The notes under the pieces: model-generated
What the model was told of the DNA's origin: nothing
What the model saw: the letters and a program-made list of their open reading frames with translations, nothing else
Databases searched by the model: none
Shown here: in pieces, positions 9,189-20,179 of the stretch
Position numbering within the stretch: the first letter of the stretch is position 1
Layout of the letters: each line of letters starts with the position of its first letter
Made by a program: the position numbers and the translations under genes
NCBI GenBank assembly: GCA_001917585.1
Contig: MNEG01000028.1
Span: 4,505 to 68,504, forward strand
Source of the DNA: Candidatus Rokubacteria bacterium 13_1_40CM_68_15
Lineage (GTDB): Bacteria > Methylomirabilota > Methylomirabilia > Rokubacteriales > CSP1-6
DNA length: 64,000 bases
Direction of reading: 5' to 3'

Positions 9189-12100
9189 GGTCCACCGTCA
9201 CGGCGCCGGCGCCAAAATGCACCTCGAGCTCGGCTACCAGCTCGGGAGCGGCGTCGACGGAAAGGCCACGTGTCCGCACGACCACCTCCTGCGCGGCCAG
9301 GAGCAGGTGGACGAAGACGGGCACGGGGCCGGGATGACTCCCACAGAGTGTTCTGAGCGCGGCAACCACCTCCTGCGGATCGGCGGCGGGACGAATGCGT
9401 ACCCGCAGGGCGTTCGGTTCACCGGCGGACTTCACCGCTCCCCGCCCATCGGCGGCGAGCGCGGCCTCGAGCGGGCGGATGTCCTCGGCCAGCACCACGC
9501 GGCCCTTGTCGGCGTCGTCGATCCGACCGCGGACGAGCACCGGCTGGCGTCCACGGAGATGCTCGGCGGCTGCCTTGAACGGCTCGGGGAAGACGGTGAC
9601 CTCGACGGTGCCGGCCATGTCTTCGAGCGTGACGAAGGCCATCCGGTTGCCGCTCTTCGTCGCCGTCTCCTTGAGGGCCGCCACCTGACCGAAGAGCAGC
9701 ACGCGCGCCCCCGCGCTCTTGGCCGCGATCTCGCTCGTCGATGTCATGCCGAGGGATTCCACCATCGCCGCGTAGCGGGCCAGTGGATGCCCCGAAATGT
9801 AGAAGCCGAGGACCTCCTTCTCGAACTCGAGGCGCTGATCGGAGTCCCACTCGGGCATAACGGCGACCGGCTCGGCCTTCGGCGCGATCGCCGGCGTCGG
9901 CAACAGATCGAAAAACGATGCCTGGCCCTCGGCCTTCTCACGTTGCTGGCGCTGGCCGGTCTCGAGCGCGGCGTCGACGGCGGCCATGAGGTGGGCGCGC
10001 GGCAAGCCGAGGGAGTCGAACGCGCCCGCCTTGATCAGCGACTCCAGCACCCGGCGGTTGACCAGGCGCAGGTCGACGCGCGCGCAGAAGTCGTCGAGGC
10101 TCTTGAACGGACCGTCCTGCTTGCGCGTGGCGAGGATCGACTCCATGGCCGCCTCGCCCACGTTCTTGATGGCGGCCAGGCCGAAGCGGATCGTGTCACC
10201 CGCGACGCTGAACTGGACGGCGGAGACGTTCACGTCGGGCGGCTGCACCTTCAGATCCATGGTCCGGCACTCGTCGATGTACTTGACGATCTTGTCGGTG
10301 TCGCCCATTTCCGACGTCAGCAGCGCCGCCATGAACTCGACCGGATAGTTCGCCTTGAAGTAGGCGGTCTGATAGGCGACGAGCGCGTACGCCGCGGCGT
10401 GAGAGTTGTGAACGGCAATTCCGTTCGCGATGAAGCTGTGGGCGCCGGGGACTTCGAAGTCGTAGGTCGGTTCGGCCCCATCGATGGTGAACCGCTTGAA
10501 CCGTGACCAACCCGTCGGGGAGTGGGCGATACTGTGCAGAGTTGGCGAATCCAGCCGCCTGGCCAGATACGCCAACGTCTCGCGGCGGATTCCGCCTCTC
10601 CACTGGTTTCCAAACAGCAGTCGGTAAGCGAAACCGATTTCCCTGCTGCCGGCTTTCAAGGACGCGTAACGCTTGAGGATTGCGCTGCGAAGCTCTTCGA
10701 TGAACAGCCCTCGTGGAATGACATCCACGCTCCCACGCGATAAGAGGCTCGGGAGACTCCGGTAGGACGAGACCAGGCTGTCGAGCGCTTGTCGTTTGGC
10801 GCCGACCAGGTGAGGGCCCGCGAACGCACGGAATCGCACGTACGCGCCTCGACCACCCAGAATGTTCACCGTGAATCCCCGGCGCTGCGAGCCCCGGTAC
10901 GCAAATGTCTTCTCGTGAATCGTGGATGGGATGCCGAGCTTGAGAAGCAGTCGGCGGACACCGATGGCCAACCGCTGCGAAGACGTCGCGTAGTAAATCG
11001 ACCGAGTCTTCACGTGTACACAGCCATCCCCTTGAAATAGCTTGGCGACGAGAATCGCGATCGCGTCAAGGTCCCAACGGTCGACAATTGACGGGATTTC
11101 CTTGTCGCATGCCGTCTTGTGGCGAAGCCCGCATTCGTCGTAGAGGAATGAAACGGCGGCGGCAGGTTGTGCGCGATCGACTCGTATCGGTCGCACCGCG
11201 GATTGACCGCGGTCCGGTCGACGATCGACGCGCGCGGCCGTATTCGGAAACGTGGTGACGATTCTCGCCATATCCGCGATCTCGTCTTCGACCGTGGAGT
11301 GCAGATAGAAATGGCTGTCGTAGCCGAGGCCGCCTTCGGATAACGCGTAACCGAGAAGCGCAGGCAGGTGCTCAGGAACCGCTGTCCTTCCGCTCGGAAG
11401 TCGTCGTACCACGGCGACGAGATCGTGCGGGCTCAAGTCTTCAACGTTGACCCAGCCGCGCGGAGTAAAGACCGGGTGATCTGGGGTGCAGCGAACGGTC
11501 ATGCCGTTCGCCAACGTGAGGGTGCCAACCTCTCTGAGACCGCTGGGACGTACGCCACGAGCGCGAAACGGGCCATCCTTCGTGAGAACGACGTCGCCAT
11601 CCCTGACTTCAGTAATGCTTTTGAAGGATCCGTCAGCCATCTCGATGAGGCTGTCACGGGCAATGCACTTGTTGAATCCATACCCCGCGAACTTCTCCAT
11701 CAGCTCCCACACGCGCTCGGCCTTGGGCGCCGCCGTGCCCTTCTCGGCGCAGCCGGCCAGGAACTTGTCGCGCTGCTTGGCCATGAGATCGCGATCCTTC
11801 TTGCCCATGGCCCGCCGCAGCGTGTCGGCCTCGCCCATCGTGAAACCGGCCATCTCGCTGGCGATCTGCATGATCTGCTCTTGGTACACCATGATCCCGT
11901 ACGTACCCTGCGTGAACTTCTGCATCGCCGGGTGCTCGTAGGTGATCTTGGCCCGGCCGTGCTTGCGATTGATGAAATCCGGGATCAGCTCCATCGGGCC
12001 CGGCCGGTAGAGCGACACCATCGCGATCACGTCCTCGAGGCTCGACGGCTTGAGCCCACGCAGCGCATCGCGCATGCCGCCCGATTCCAGCTGGAACACG

Positions 12101-13914
12101 CCGAACGTCCGCGCGTCGGTGAGCAGCGCATAGCTCTTGGCGTCGTCGAGCGGCAGCGCGTCGAGGTCGATGGTCACCCCGCGGGAGTCGCGGATCAAGG
12201 CCACGGTGTTGGCCAGCACCGTGAGCGTCCGCAAGCCGAGGAAGTCCATCTTGAGCAGGCCGAGCTTCTCGATCGGCCCCATGGCGTAACCGGTGATCAA
12301 CTCCGGCCGCTTGGGGTCCTTGTAGAGCGGAATGTGCTCGTCGAGCGAGTCGTCGGAGATGACGACGGCCGAGGCGTGGACCGACGCGTGGCGCGTGCAG
12401 CCCTCCAGGGTCCGCGCGATGTCCCACAGCTCGCGGACGTTGTTCTGCGTCTTCACCATCTCGGCGAGCGGTGGCGACTTCTGGTAGGCATCGTCGAGCG
12501 TGATGTTCAGCGGAAACGCCGGCACCAGCTTGGCGATCCGATCCACGTCGGCGTAGGTCATGCCCAGCACGCGCCCGACGTCGCGGATGGCGGCCTTGGC
12601 GCCGAGCGTGCCGAACGTGATGATGTGGGCGACGCGGTCGTGGCCGTACTTCTCGGCGACGTACCGGATGACCTCGTCGCGGCGGTCGTCCGCGAAGTCG
12701 ATGTCCATGTCTGGCATCGAGATCCGTTCCGGGTTGAGGAATCGCTCGAACAGCAGGCCATACCGCATCGGATCGACGTTCGTGATTCCCAGGCAGTACG
12801 CCACCAGTGAGCCGGCCGATGAGCCGCGACCGGGCCCGACGGCGATCCCCCGGTCGCGCGCGTAGCGGATGAAGTCCCACACGACGAGGAAGTAGCCGGC
12901 GAACCCCATCTTCTCGATGATGCGAAGCTCGTGGCCCAGGCGCTGGTCGATCGCGTCGCCTGGATTCGCGCCGTAGCGCCGCTGGAGGCCTTCGCGAGCC
13001 AGGTGCTCGAGGTAGCTCTCCAGCGTGTGGTTCTCGGGCACGACGTAGCGCGGCAGGTGGAAGCTGCCGAACTCGAGCGTCAGGTTGCAACGCTCGGCCA
13101 CCGCCAGCGTGTTGCGGCACGCGTCCGGGATCTCGGCGAACACGCGCGCCATCTCCTCCGCCGACTTGACGTAGAACTCCTCGGTCGAGAAGCGCCAGCG
13201 CTTGGGGTCGAGGAGCGTCGAGCCGGTCTGGATGCAGAGCAGCGCCTCGTGGGCGCGGCCGTGCCCGGCCTCGAGATAGTGCGAGTCGTTGGTGCCGGCG
13301 ATCGGCGCGCCGATGGCCTGGGCCAGCTTCAGCGTCTCTGCGGTGACCCGTGTCTGCTCGTCGAGGCCGTGGGCCTGGACCTCCATGAAGTAGTGGTCCT
13401 TGCCGAAAACCTCCTGGTGCCAGCCCGCGGCCTCGCGGGCACGATCCACCTCGCCGGCAGAGATCAAGCGTGAGACCTCGGAATTCAGGCAGCCGGACAG
13501 GACGAGCAGGCCGTCGGCGTGCTCGGCCAAAAGCTCCTTGTCCACGCGGGGCTTGTAGTAGAAGCCTTCGAGGTACGCCCTGGAGACGAGCTTGATGAGG
13601 TTCTTGTAGCCGGTGAGGTTGCGGACGAGGACCGTGAGATGGTTGGCTCCCTCGTAGCCGCCATCCTCCCCTCCCCGCTCCTTCCGCCCACGCGGCGCCA
13701 CGTAGAGCTCGCAGCCGACGATCGGCTTGATGCCGCCCTTCTGCGCCGCCTGGTAGAAGTCGATCGCGCCGAAGAGGTTGCCGTGGTCCGTCAACGCGAT
13801 GGCCGGGAATTTCAGCTCTTTCGCCTTGGCCACCAGCTTCTCGAGCTGCGCGGCGCCGTCGAGCAGCGAGTATTCGGAGTGGACGTGAAGGTGGACGAAG
13901 TCGCTATGCTGCAT
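9181..13914 (-). CDS. dnaE: DNA polymerase III alpha subunit with an in-frame intein
   Basis: 1577 aa against ~1160 for a typical DnaE. PHP domain at the N-terminus ([13 protein letters not shown]); polymerase core; the conserved GYGFNK|SHAAAY motif is split by a 421-aa insert. Confidence 0.9.
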   Translation of the reverse strand: MQHSDFVHLHVHSEYSLLDGAAQLEKLVAKAKELKFPAIALTDHGNLFGAIDFYQAAQKGGIKPIVGCELYVAPRGRKERGGEDGGYEGANHLTVLVRNLTGYKNLIKLVSRAYLEGFYYKPRVDKELLAEHADGLLVLSGCLNSEVSRLISAGEVDRAREAAGWHQEVFGKDHYFMEVQAHGLDEQTRVTAETLKLAQAIGAPIAGTNDSHYLEAGHGRAHEALLCIQTGSTLLDPKRWRFSTEEFYVKSAEEMARVFAEIPDACRNTLAVAERCNLTLEFGSFHLPRYVVPENHTLESYLEHLAREGLQRRYGANPGDAIDQRLGHELRIIEKMGFAGYFLVVWDFIRYARDRGIAVGPGRGSSAGSLVAYCLGITNVDPMRYGLLFERFLNPERISMPDMDIDFADDRRDEVIRYVAEKYGHDRVAHIITFGTLGAKAAIRDVGRVLGMTYADVDRIAKLVPAFPLNITLDDAYQKSPPLAEMVKTQNNVRELWDIARTLEGCTRHASVHASAVVISDDSLDEHIPLYKDPKRPELITGYAMGPIEKLGLLKMDFLGLRTLTVLANTVALIRDSRGVTIDLDALPLDDAKSYALLTDARTFGVFQLESGGMRDALRGLKPSSLEDVIAMVSLYRPGPMELIPDFINRKHGRAKITYEHPAMQKFTQGTYGIMVYQEQIMQIASEMAGFTMGEADTLRRAMGKKDRDLMAKQRDKFLAGCAEKGTAAPKAERVWELMEKFAGYGFNKCIARDSLIEMADGSFKSITEVRDGDVVLTKDGPFRARGVRPSGLREVGTLTLANGMTVRCTPDHPVFTPRGWVNVEDLSPHDLVAVVRRLPSGRTAVPEHLPALLGYALSEGGLGYDSHFYLHSTVEDEIADMARIVTTFPNTAARVDRRPDRGQSAVRPIRVDRAQPAAAVSFLYDECGLRHKTACDKEIPSIVDRWDLDAIAILVAKLFQGDGCVHVKTRSIYYATSSQRLAIGVRRLLLKLGIPSTIHEKTFAYRGSQRRGFTVNILGGRGAYVRFRAFAGPHLVGAKRQALDSLVSSYRSLPSLLSRGSVDVIPRGLFIEELRSAILKRYASLKAGSREIGFAYRLLFGNQWRGGIRRETLAYLARRLDSPTLHSIAHSPTGWSRFKRFTIDGAEPTYDFEVPGAHSFIANGIAVHNSHAAAYALVAYQTAYFKANYPVEFMAALLTSEMGDTDKIVKYIDECRTMDLKVQPPDVNVSAVQFSVAGDTIRFGLAAIKNVGEAAMESILATRKQDGPFKSLDDFCARVDLRLVNRRVLESLIKAGAFDSLGLPRAHLMAAVDAALETGQRQQREKAEGQASFFDLLPTPAIAPKAEPVAVMPEWDSDQRLEFEKEVLGFYISGHPLARYAAMVESLGMTSTSEIAAKSAGARVLLFGQVAALKETATKSGNRMAFVTLEDMAGTVEVTVFPEPFKAAAEHLRGRQPVLVRGRIDDADKGRVVLAEDIRPLEAALAADGRGAVKSAGEPNALRVRIRPAADPQEVVAALRTLCGSHPGPVPVFVHLLLAAQEVVVRTRGLSVDAAPELVAELEVHFGAGAVTVDHA
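10405..11667 (-). mobile_element. Intein (421 aa) with LAGLIDADG homing endonuclease inside dnaE
   Basis: Starts with Cys ([10 protein letters not shown]…) right after GYGFNK and ends …IAVHN, followed by Ser in SHAAAY. LAGLIDADG-like motifs [14 protein letters not shown] and [13 protein letters not shown] are present. The local sequence is visibly lower in GC than flanking dnaE. Confidence 0.85.
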
Positions 13915-13932
13915 CAGTCATCTTCGGGCCGT

Positions 13933-15486
13933 CTATTCCCATTCGATCGTGCTTGGCGGCTTTGAAGAAACGTCGAACACGACACGGTTGATCCCCTTGA
14001 CTTCATTGATGATTCGATTGGAGATGCGACCGAGCAGGTCATAGGGCAGGCGCGCCCAGTCGGCCGTCATCGCGTCCTGGCTCATGACGGCGCGCAGGGC
14101 GATGACCTGGGCGTAGGTGCGGAAGTCGCCCATCACTCCGACGGTGCGCACAGGCAACAGCACGGCGAACGCCTGCCACAGCTCGCGCTCCAGGCCGGCC
14201 GCCTGCACTTCCTCCTGAACGATGGCGTCGGCGTCGCGCAGCATTTCCAGCCGCTCCTCCGATACCTCGCCGAGGACGCGGATCGCGAGGCCTGGCCCCG
14301 GGAAGGGCTGACGCCAGACGATTCCGGGCGGAAGACCGAGGAGCTCCCCCACGCGGCGGACTTCGTCCTTGAAGAGCTCACGGAGCGGCTCGACCAGCTT
14401 GAACCGCATCTTCGTGGGCAGCCCACCCACGTTGTGATGAGTCTTGATGGTGGCCGAAGGCCCCTTGAACGAGACGGACTCGATGACGTCCGGGTACAGC
14501 GTTCCCTGGGCCAGCCAGGGAATGTCGCCGAGACGAGCCGCTTCCTCTTCGAAGACCGCGATGAACTCGGCGCCGATGCGCTTGCGCTTCAGCTCGGGAT
14601 CGGTGACCCCGCGGAGCGAGTCCAGGAAACGCCGGGAGGCGTCCACGTGGACGAGATTGAGCTTGAAGGCATCCCGGAAGGTGTGGACCACGGACGCGGC
14701 TTCTCCCTTCCGGAGCACGCCGTTGTCGACGAACATGCACGTGAGCCGCTCGCCGATCGCGCGGTGGACGAGCACCGCGGCGACGGCGGAGTCCACACCT
14801 CCCGAGAGCGCGCAGAGGACGCGATCGCCGCCGACCTTGGCCCGGATCGTCTCGACGGCGGTGTCGATGAACGACGCCATGGACCACGCGCGCCGCGCGC
14901 CGCAGATCTCGAGGAAGTTGGCCAGGATGGTCATGCCCTGAGGGGTGTGCGCGACCTCGGGGTGGAATTGGACCGCGTAGAGCTTGCGGTCGTCATCGGC
15001 CATTGCCGCCACCGGACAGTTCGTCGTCGTACCGAGGCTCGTGAATCCCTTCGGCGGGCGCGTCACGGAGTCGCCGTGGCTCATCCACACGCCGAGCCGT
15101 CCGTCGCTGTCGGGCTTCACGCCACGCAACAGCGCCCCCTCGCCCGTCAGCGTGACCTCGGCCGAGCCGTACTCGCGACGATCCGACTGGACGACGTGGC
15201 CGCCGAGTAGATAACCCATCGCCTGCATGCCGTAGCAGATGCCGAGGACCGGGATTCCGGCCTCGAAGACCGCCTTCGCGGGGAGCGGCGCTCCGTCCTC
15301 GTAGACGCTCGAGGGACCACCGGAGAGCACGATCCCCCGGTAACCGCCGCGCAGCACCGTGTCGATCGGCTCGGTGCACGACACGATCTCCGAGTACACG
15401 GACAGCTCGCGGATGCGGCGGGCGATCAACTGCGTGTACTGCCCGCCGAAGTCGATGATCGCGATCTTGTCGGGCGCGTCCACCAT
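13933..15486 (-). CDS. guaA: GMP synthase (glutamine-hydrolysing)
   Basis: 517 aa; GATase domain ([18 protein letters not shown]), ATP-PPase motif SGGVDSAV, C-terminal dimerization domain. Confidence 0.92.
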   Translation of the reverse strand: MVDAPDKIAIIDFGGQYTQLIARRIRELSVYSEIVSCTEPIDTVLRGGYRGIVLSGGPSSVYEDGAPLPAKAVFEAGIPVLGICYGMQAMGYLLGGHVVQSDRREYGSAEVTLTGEGALLRGVKPDSDGRLGVWMSHGDSVTRPPKGFTSLGTTTNCPVAAMADDDRKLYAVQFHPEVAHTPQGMTILANFLEICGARRAWSMASFIDTAVETIRAKVGGDRVLCALSGGVDSAVAAVLVHRAIGERLTCMFVDNGVLRKGEAASVVHTFRDAFKLNLVHVDASRRFLDSLRGVTDPELKRKRIGAEFIAVFEEEAARLGDIPWLAQGTLYPDVIESVSFKGPSATIKTHHNVGGLPTKMRFKLVEPLRELFKDEVRRVGELLGLPPGIVWRQPFPGPGLAIRVLGEVSEERLEMLRDADAIVQEEVQAAGLERELWQAFAVLLPVRTVGVMGDFRTYAQVIALRAVMSQDAMTADWARLPYDLLGRISNRIINEVKGINRVVFDVSSKPPSTIEWE

Positions 15487-15499
15487 ACGGCCGGCGCCC

Positions 15500-16660
15500 T
15501 TACCGCGCGCGGCCGAGCTTCTGGGCCTGCTGGAAGACCTTGCCTTCGGTCTTGATCGCCGGCGCGATGATCAGCTCGGTCTGCTGCAGCTCCCGGATGT
15601 TGCGGGCGCCCACCGAGCCCATGCAGGTGCGAATGGCGCCGACGAGATTGAGCGTGCCGTCCTCGGTGAACGCCGGCCCGAAGAGGATCTGCTCCAGCGA
15701 CCCCGCGATGCCCACGCGGATCCGGGTACCACGCGGCAGGTTCTGATGTGGCGTCGCCATGCCCCAGTGATAGCCGCGGCCGGGCGCCTCGATCGACCGG
15801 GCGAACGCGGAGCCGATCATCACGGCGTCGGCGCCCGAGGCGAGCGCCTTGCACACATCGCCCCCGGTGGTCATGCCGCCGTCGGTGACGATGGGGACGT
15901 AGCGTCCTGTTTGCTTGTAATAGAAGTCGCGGGCGGCCGCTGAATCCGCGGTGGCCGTCACTTGCGGCACGCCGAGACCGAGCACCTCGCGACTCGTACA
16001 CGCCGCACCCGGGCCCACGCCGATGAGCAGCGCGTCGGCGCCGCAATCCATGAGCTCCAGACAGGCTTCGTACGTGACGACGTTGCCGATGATGAGCGGA
16101 ATCGCGAGCTGCTTCTTGAGCTGACGCAGGTCGACCGGCGTGTACTCGGTCGCAAAGTGGCGGGCGGTGGTGACGGTGGACTGGACGACGAAGACGTCGG
16201 CTCCCGCCTCCTGGGCGATCTGTGCGAAGCGCTCGGCGCGCTGCGGAATAGACGAGACTGCGACCGCGCTCCCACCCTTCTTGATCTCGCTGATCCGGCG
16301 ATGGATCAGGTCTTCCTTGATCGGCTCACCGTAGATGCCCTGGATGATCTTGGTCGCTTCTTCCTGACTGGCCGAAACGATCCGATCGAGCACCATTTCC
16401 GGGTTGGCGTAGCGCGCGAAGATCCCTTCCAGATTGAGGACGGCGAGTCCGCCCAGCCGGCCCATCTCGACAGCCAGGCGCGGGCCGACCACGCCGTCCA
16501 TGGCAGCCGCGATGATGGGAAGGTCGAAGCGACGACCGCAGAGCTCCCAGGTGATGTCGACTTCATTCGGATTGACGGTGATGGTTCCGGGGACCAGCGC
16601 GATATCGTCGAACCCGTACGCGACCCTGGCCTTGCGCCCCCGCCCCACCCACATTCCCAT
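15500..16660 (-). CDS. IMP dehydrogenase-related protein lacking CBS domains (GuaB3-like)
   Basis: 386 aa. The N-terminus [20 protein letters not shown] resembles the mycobacterial GuaB3 N-terminus. IMPDH catalytic loop [21 protein letters not shown] is present but there is no CBS pair. Confidence 0.7.
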   Translation of the reverse strand: MGMWVGRGRKARVAYGFDDIALVPGTITVNPNEVDITWELCGRRFDLPIIAAAMDGVVGPRLAVEMGRLGGLAVLNLEGIFARYANPEMVLDRIVSASQEEATKIIQGIYGEPIKEDLIHRRISEIKKGGSAVAVSSIPQRAERFAQIAQEAGADVFVVQSTVTTARHFATEYTPVDLRQLKKQLAIPLIIGNVVTYEACLELMDCGADALLIGVGPGAACTSREVLGLGVPQVTATADSAAARDFYYKQTGRYVPIVTDGGMTTGGDVCKALASGADAVMIGSAFARSIEAPGRGYHWGMATPHQNLPRGTRIRVGIAGSLEQILFGPAFTEDGTLNLVGAIRTCMGSVGARNIRELQQTELIIAPAIKTEGKVFQQAQKLGRAR

Positions 16661-16732
16661 GCGCTGTCCCCCTCGCTTCCCCTGTTCGCGTCAGCCGCCT
16701 GGGCGAGCCCACATATAGGGATCGCCCCGCAT

Positions 16733-16775
16733 TGACCTACTAGATTTGGTGCAGTATAGACCTGGTGGTCAGGGG
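16733..16775. promoter_or_regulatory. Overlapping face-to-face sigma70-like promoters in an AT-rich spacer
   Basis: Minus strand: TTGACA (16770-75), 17-nt spacer, TATACT (16753-58), directing transcription toward guaB3 and guaA. Plus strand: TTGACC (16733-38), 17-nt spacer, TATAGA (16755-60), directing transcription antisense into the birA 3' end. Confidence 0.45.
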
Positions 16776-16777
16776 TG

Positions 16778-17494
16778 TCAATCGTCGCCGCTGCCCCTGC
16801 TCGTCACCGTGCCGGCCACGACGCGGTGCGTCCTATCGGCGTCACGGAGCAGGAGCGCACCGTCCTCGTCGAGACCAACGGCAAGGCCCATCTGCCCGTC
16901 CACTCGCACCTCACGCCCGATCGTCTCGGCCAGCGCGAGCCACCGTTCGCGAACCGGCGCGAAGCCGTCGCGCTCGAGCGTGGCGCGCCATCGGTCGAAG
17001 TGGTGGAGCAGCGAGTCGAGGACCTCATCGCGCGGCACTGTGCGTCCGCTTTCGAGCACGAGGGACGTCGCGAGTCCCGCGAGCTCGGGACCGAAGCGCG
17101 CCTGCGCGACGTTCACTCCGATGCCGATGATCGTTGGGGCACCATCGGCGAGGCCACTGTTCGGGGTTGCGCTCCTCGACTCCAGGAGGATGCCGGCGAC
17201 CTTCCGGGCGCTCACCAGGACATCGTTCGGCCACTTCAGGCGCGCCTCGACCCCGACGACCTCGGCCAGCGCCTCGGCGACGGCGACGGCGGCGGCGAAG
17301 GAAAGCAGCGGGCGACGCGCGACCGAAAGCGAAGAGCGGACGATGATCGAGAAGAGCAGATTCGCGCCCGGCTCGTCCTGCCAGTGATGGCCGCGGCGGC
17401 CGCGTCCCGCGGTTTGATGCTCGGCCACCACGACCGTTCGATCCGCGGCGCCTTGCCCGGCGAGGTCGAACGCGCAGCTCTGCGTCGACTCCAC
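16778..17494 (-). CDS. birA: Biotin--[acetyl-CoA-carboxylase] ligase (class I, no DNA-binding domain)
   Basis: 238 aa; GRGRRGHHW and KWPNDV signature motifs. Confidence 0.85.
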   Translation of the reverse strand: MESTQSCAFDLAGQGAADRTVVVAEHQTAGRGRRGHHWQDEPGANLLFSIIVRSSLSVARRPLLSFAAAVAVAEALAEVVGVEARLKWPNDVLVSARKVAGILLESRSATPNSGLADGAPTIIGIGVNVAQARFGPELAGLATSLVLESGRTVPRDEVLDSLLHHFDRWRATLERDGFAPVRERWLALAETIGREVRVDGQMGLAVGLDEDGALLLRDADRTHRVVAGTVTSRGSGDD

Positions 17495-17523
17495 CGTCTG
17501 CAGCCTGATGATGGGCGCTGCGG

Positions 17524-20172
17524 TCAGCGCGAGGCCTCGGTCAGCCAGGCCAGGCTTCCTTCCAGCTTCTGCTGCAGCTGGTGTTGCTCGGCGAGACGGT
17601 CGCGCTCCTTCTCGACGATGTCCGCCGGAGCCCGCTCGACGAACTCGGGGCGCGCGAGCTTGGCCTCGAGGAAGGCGATGGTGTCGGCAGCGCGCTTCAG
17701 CTCCTTCTCCAGGCGCGCGCGCTCGGCGGCAAGATCGACGACGCCGGCCAGCTCCACGTAAATCTCCGACGCCCCGACGACGGCGAGGGCCGAGGCGGGC
17801 GGCCGGGCCGCGCGGGGGTCGACGGTCAGGCGGCAGCGGCCGAGAAACTCGACCAGCCGCGCCGTTTCGCGGAGCGCAGCGGCGTGCTCGCCGCCGGGCT
17901 TGACCGTCACGGCCAGTGTCACGCCCGGCGCGATATGCATCTCGCCCCGGATGTTGCGGATGGCAGTCACGACGCCCATCACCGCGGTCATGTCGCGCTC
18001 GGCCTCGGCATCGTGCTGGCGCCGGCTCGCTTTTGGATAGGCGGCGACCATGATCGAATCGGGCGCGCGCTTGTCACGCGGGAGCCGCTGCCACAGCTCC
18101 TCGGTGATGAACGGCATGAACGGATGAAGCAGACGCAGCGTCGCTTCCAGCACGGTGACGAGCGTGTGCTGGGCGCGCAGGCGCGCTGCCGCGTCCTCAC
18201 GCCGGTAGAGCGCCACCTTCGCGATCTCGAGGTACCAGTCGCAGAACTCGTGCCACACGAACTGGTACACGGCAGAGGCAGCATCGTTGAAACGGTAGCG
18301 CCGCAGACTCGTCCGCACCTCGGTGGTCGTCGCGGCGAGGCGACTCACGATCCAGCGGTCGGCGAGTCCCGCCGGCGTCTTGGCGGCCTGCCGCGCATCG
18401 TAGCCGTCGAGGTTCGAGAGCACGAGTCGGGCGGCGTTCCAGAGCTTGTTGGCGAAATTGCGGTACCCCTCGATCCGTTCCTCGGCCAGGCGCACGTCAC
18501 GCCCCTGGGCGGCCAGCGCCACGAGCGTGAATCGGAAGGCGTCGGTGCCGTACTTGTCCATCATCACGAGCGGATCGATCACGTTCCCCTTCGACTTCGA
18601 CATCTTCTGGCCCTCGGCGTCACGAACGAGGGCGTGGATGTAGACGTCGCGGAAGGGCACGTCGTTCATGAAGCGCAGACCGAGCATCGCCATCCGGGCG
18701 ACCCAGAAGAAGAGGATGTCGAAGCCCGTGACGAGCACGGAGGTCGGATAGAACGTCTTCAGCTCGGGCGTGTCGTCGGGCCACCCGAGCGTCGAAAACG
18801 GCCAGAGCCCAGACGAGAACCAGGTATCGAGCACGTCGGTGTCCTGTCGCACCGGGCCGCCGCAGGTGGGACAGGCCGTCAGGTCCTCGCGCGAGACGTG
18901 CACGCTGCCGTCGCGCTCGCAGTACCAGGCCGGGATGCGATGGCCCCACCAGAGCTGACGGGAGATGCACCATGGCCGGATGTTCTCCATCCAGTGGTCG
19001 TACGTCTTCGTCCAGCCGCGCGGCACGATCTTGATCCGGCCCTGGCGCACGGCCTTGATGGCCTCGGCGGCCAGCGGCTTCACGTTCACGTACCACTGCT
19101 TCGACACGAGCGGCTCGACGACCGTCTTGCAGCGATAGCAGAGGCCCACCGCGTGGCGGTAGGGCTCGATGTGGTCGATGAGGCCCAGCGCCTGCATGTC
19201 CTCGACGATGCGCCGGCGGGCTTCGAAGCGATCGAGCCCCGCGTACTTTCCGGCCTCGGCCGTCATCTTGCCGTCGAAGCCGATGACCGTCTTGATGGGC
19301 AGGTTGTGACGCTTGCCGATCTCGAAATCCACCGGATCGTGACCGGGCGTGACCTTCACGACGCCGGTGCCGAAGTCCGGATCGACCGCCTCGTCGGCCA
19401 CCACCTTGATCTTGGCCGTTCCCTGCACCGACGGCACGTCGAGCACCTGGCCGACGTACTTCGCGTAGCGCCTATCTTTGGGGTGCACCGCGATGCCGGT
19501 GTCGCCGAGCTTTGTTTCCGGGCGCACGGTGCCGAGGGTGAGCGGCCCGTACTTGATGTAGACGAACTGGGCGTCCCGGTCCTCGCGTTCCACCTCGAGA
19601 TCGGACAGCACGGTCTGGCAGCGCGGGCACCAGTTGACGATGTAGTCGTCGCGATAGATGAGTCCGTCGTCGTAGAGGCGAACGAAGACCTCGCGCACCG
19701 CCCGCGAGAGACCCGGATCCATCGTGAAGCGCTCGCGCGACCAGTCGCAAGACGCGCCCAGACGCTTGAGCTGCCGGATGATGGTGCCGCCGGACTCCTC
19801 CTTCCAGCGCCAGACGCGCTCGACGAACGCCTCGCGACCGAGATCTTCCTTGGTCTTTCCCTCGGCCGCGAGCTGGCGCTCGACCACGACTTGCGTGGCG
19901 ATGCCGGCGTGGTCGGTGCCCGGCACCCACAGCGCGTTGAAGCCATCCATCCGCTTCATCCGGATGAGCACGTCCTGCAGCGTGTTGTTGAGCGCGTGGC
20001 CCATGTGGAGCGATCCGGTGACGTTGGGCGGCGGGATGACGATCGAGTAGGGCTTCTGCTGGGGCTTCGGGTCCGCGCTGAAGTAGCCACGAGACTCCCA
20101 GTGTGGATACCAGCGAGCCTCGACGGCCGCAGGATCGTAGCGGTCGGAGAGGACCGGCGCGGGGTCGCTCAC
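17524..20172 (-). CDS. valS: Valine--tRNA ligase
   Basis: HMGH (SLHMGHALN) and KMSKS motifs, plus a C-terminal coiled coil. Start placed at the GTG giving M/VSDPAPVLSDRYDPAAVEARWY; the longer N-terminus in the ORF track is low-complexity read-through. Confidence 0.9.
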   Translation of the reverse strand: MSDPAPVLSDRYDPAAVEARWYPHWESRGYFSADPKPQQKPYSIVIPPPNVTGSLHMGHALNNTLQDVLIRMKRMDGFNALWVPGTDHAGIATQVVVERQLAAEGKTKEDLGREAFVERVWRWKEESGGTIIRQLKRLGASCDWSRERFTMDPGLSRAVREVFVRLYDDGLIYRDDYIVNWCPRCQTVLSDLEVEREDRDAQFVYIKYGPLTLGTVRPETKLGDTGIAVHPKDRRYAKYVGQVLDVPSVQGTAKIKVVADEAVDPDFGTGVVKVTPGHDPVDFEIGKRHNLPIKTVIGFDGKMTAEAGKYAGLDRFEARRRIVEDMQALGLIDHIEPYRHAVGLCYRCKTVVEPLVSKQWYVNVKPLAAEAIKAVRQGRIKIVPRGWTKTYDHWMENIRPWCISRQLWWGHRIPAWYCERDGSVHVSREDLTACPTCGGPVRQDTDVLDTWFSSGLWPFSTLGWPDDTPELKTFYPTSVLVTGFDILFFWVARMAMLGLRFMNDVPFRDVYIHALVRDAEGQKMSKSKGNVIDPLVMMDKYGTDAFRFTLVALAAQGRDVRLAEERIEGYRNFANKLWNAARLVLSNLDGYDARQAAKTPAGLADRWIVSRLAATTTEVRTSLRRYRFNDAASAVYQFVWHEFCDWYLEIAKVALYRREDAAARLRAQHTLVTVLEATLRLLHPFMPFITEELWQRLPRDKRAPDSIMVAAYPKASRRQHDAEAERDMTAVMGVVTAIRNIRGEMHIAPGVTLAVTVKPGGEHAAALRETARLVEFLGRCRLTVDPRAARPPASALAVVGASEIYVELAGVVDLAAERARLEKELKRAADTIAFLEAKLARPEFVERAPADIVEKERDRLAEQHQLQQKLEGSLAWLTEASR

Positions 20173-20179
20173 CAATCGA

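Noticed and set aside
16775-17761. 328-aa plus-strand ORF overlapping birA.
   Set aside because: It is antisense to a BirA with KWPNDV and GRGRRG motifs. The overlapping plus-strand promoter-like hexamers are kept as a separate finding, but the ORF itself is treated as spurious.
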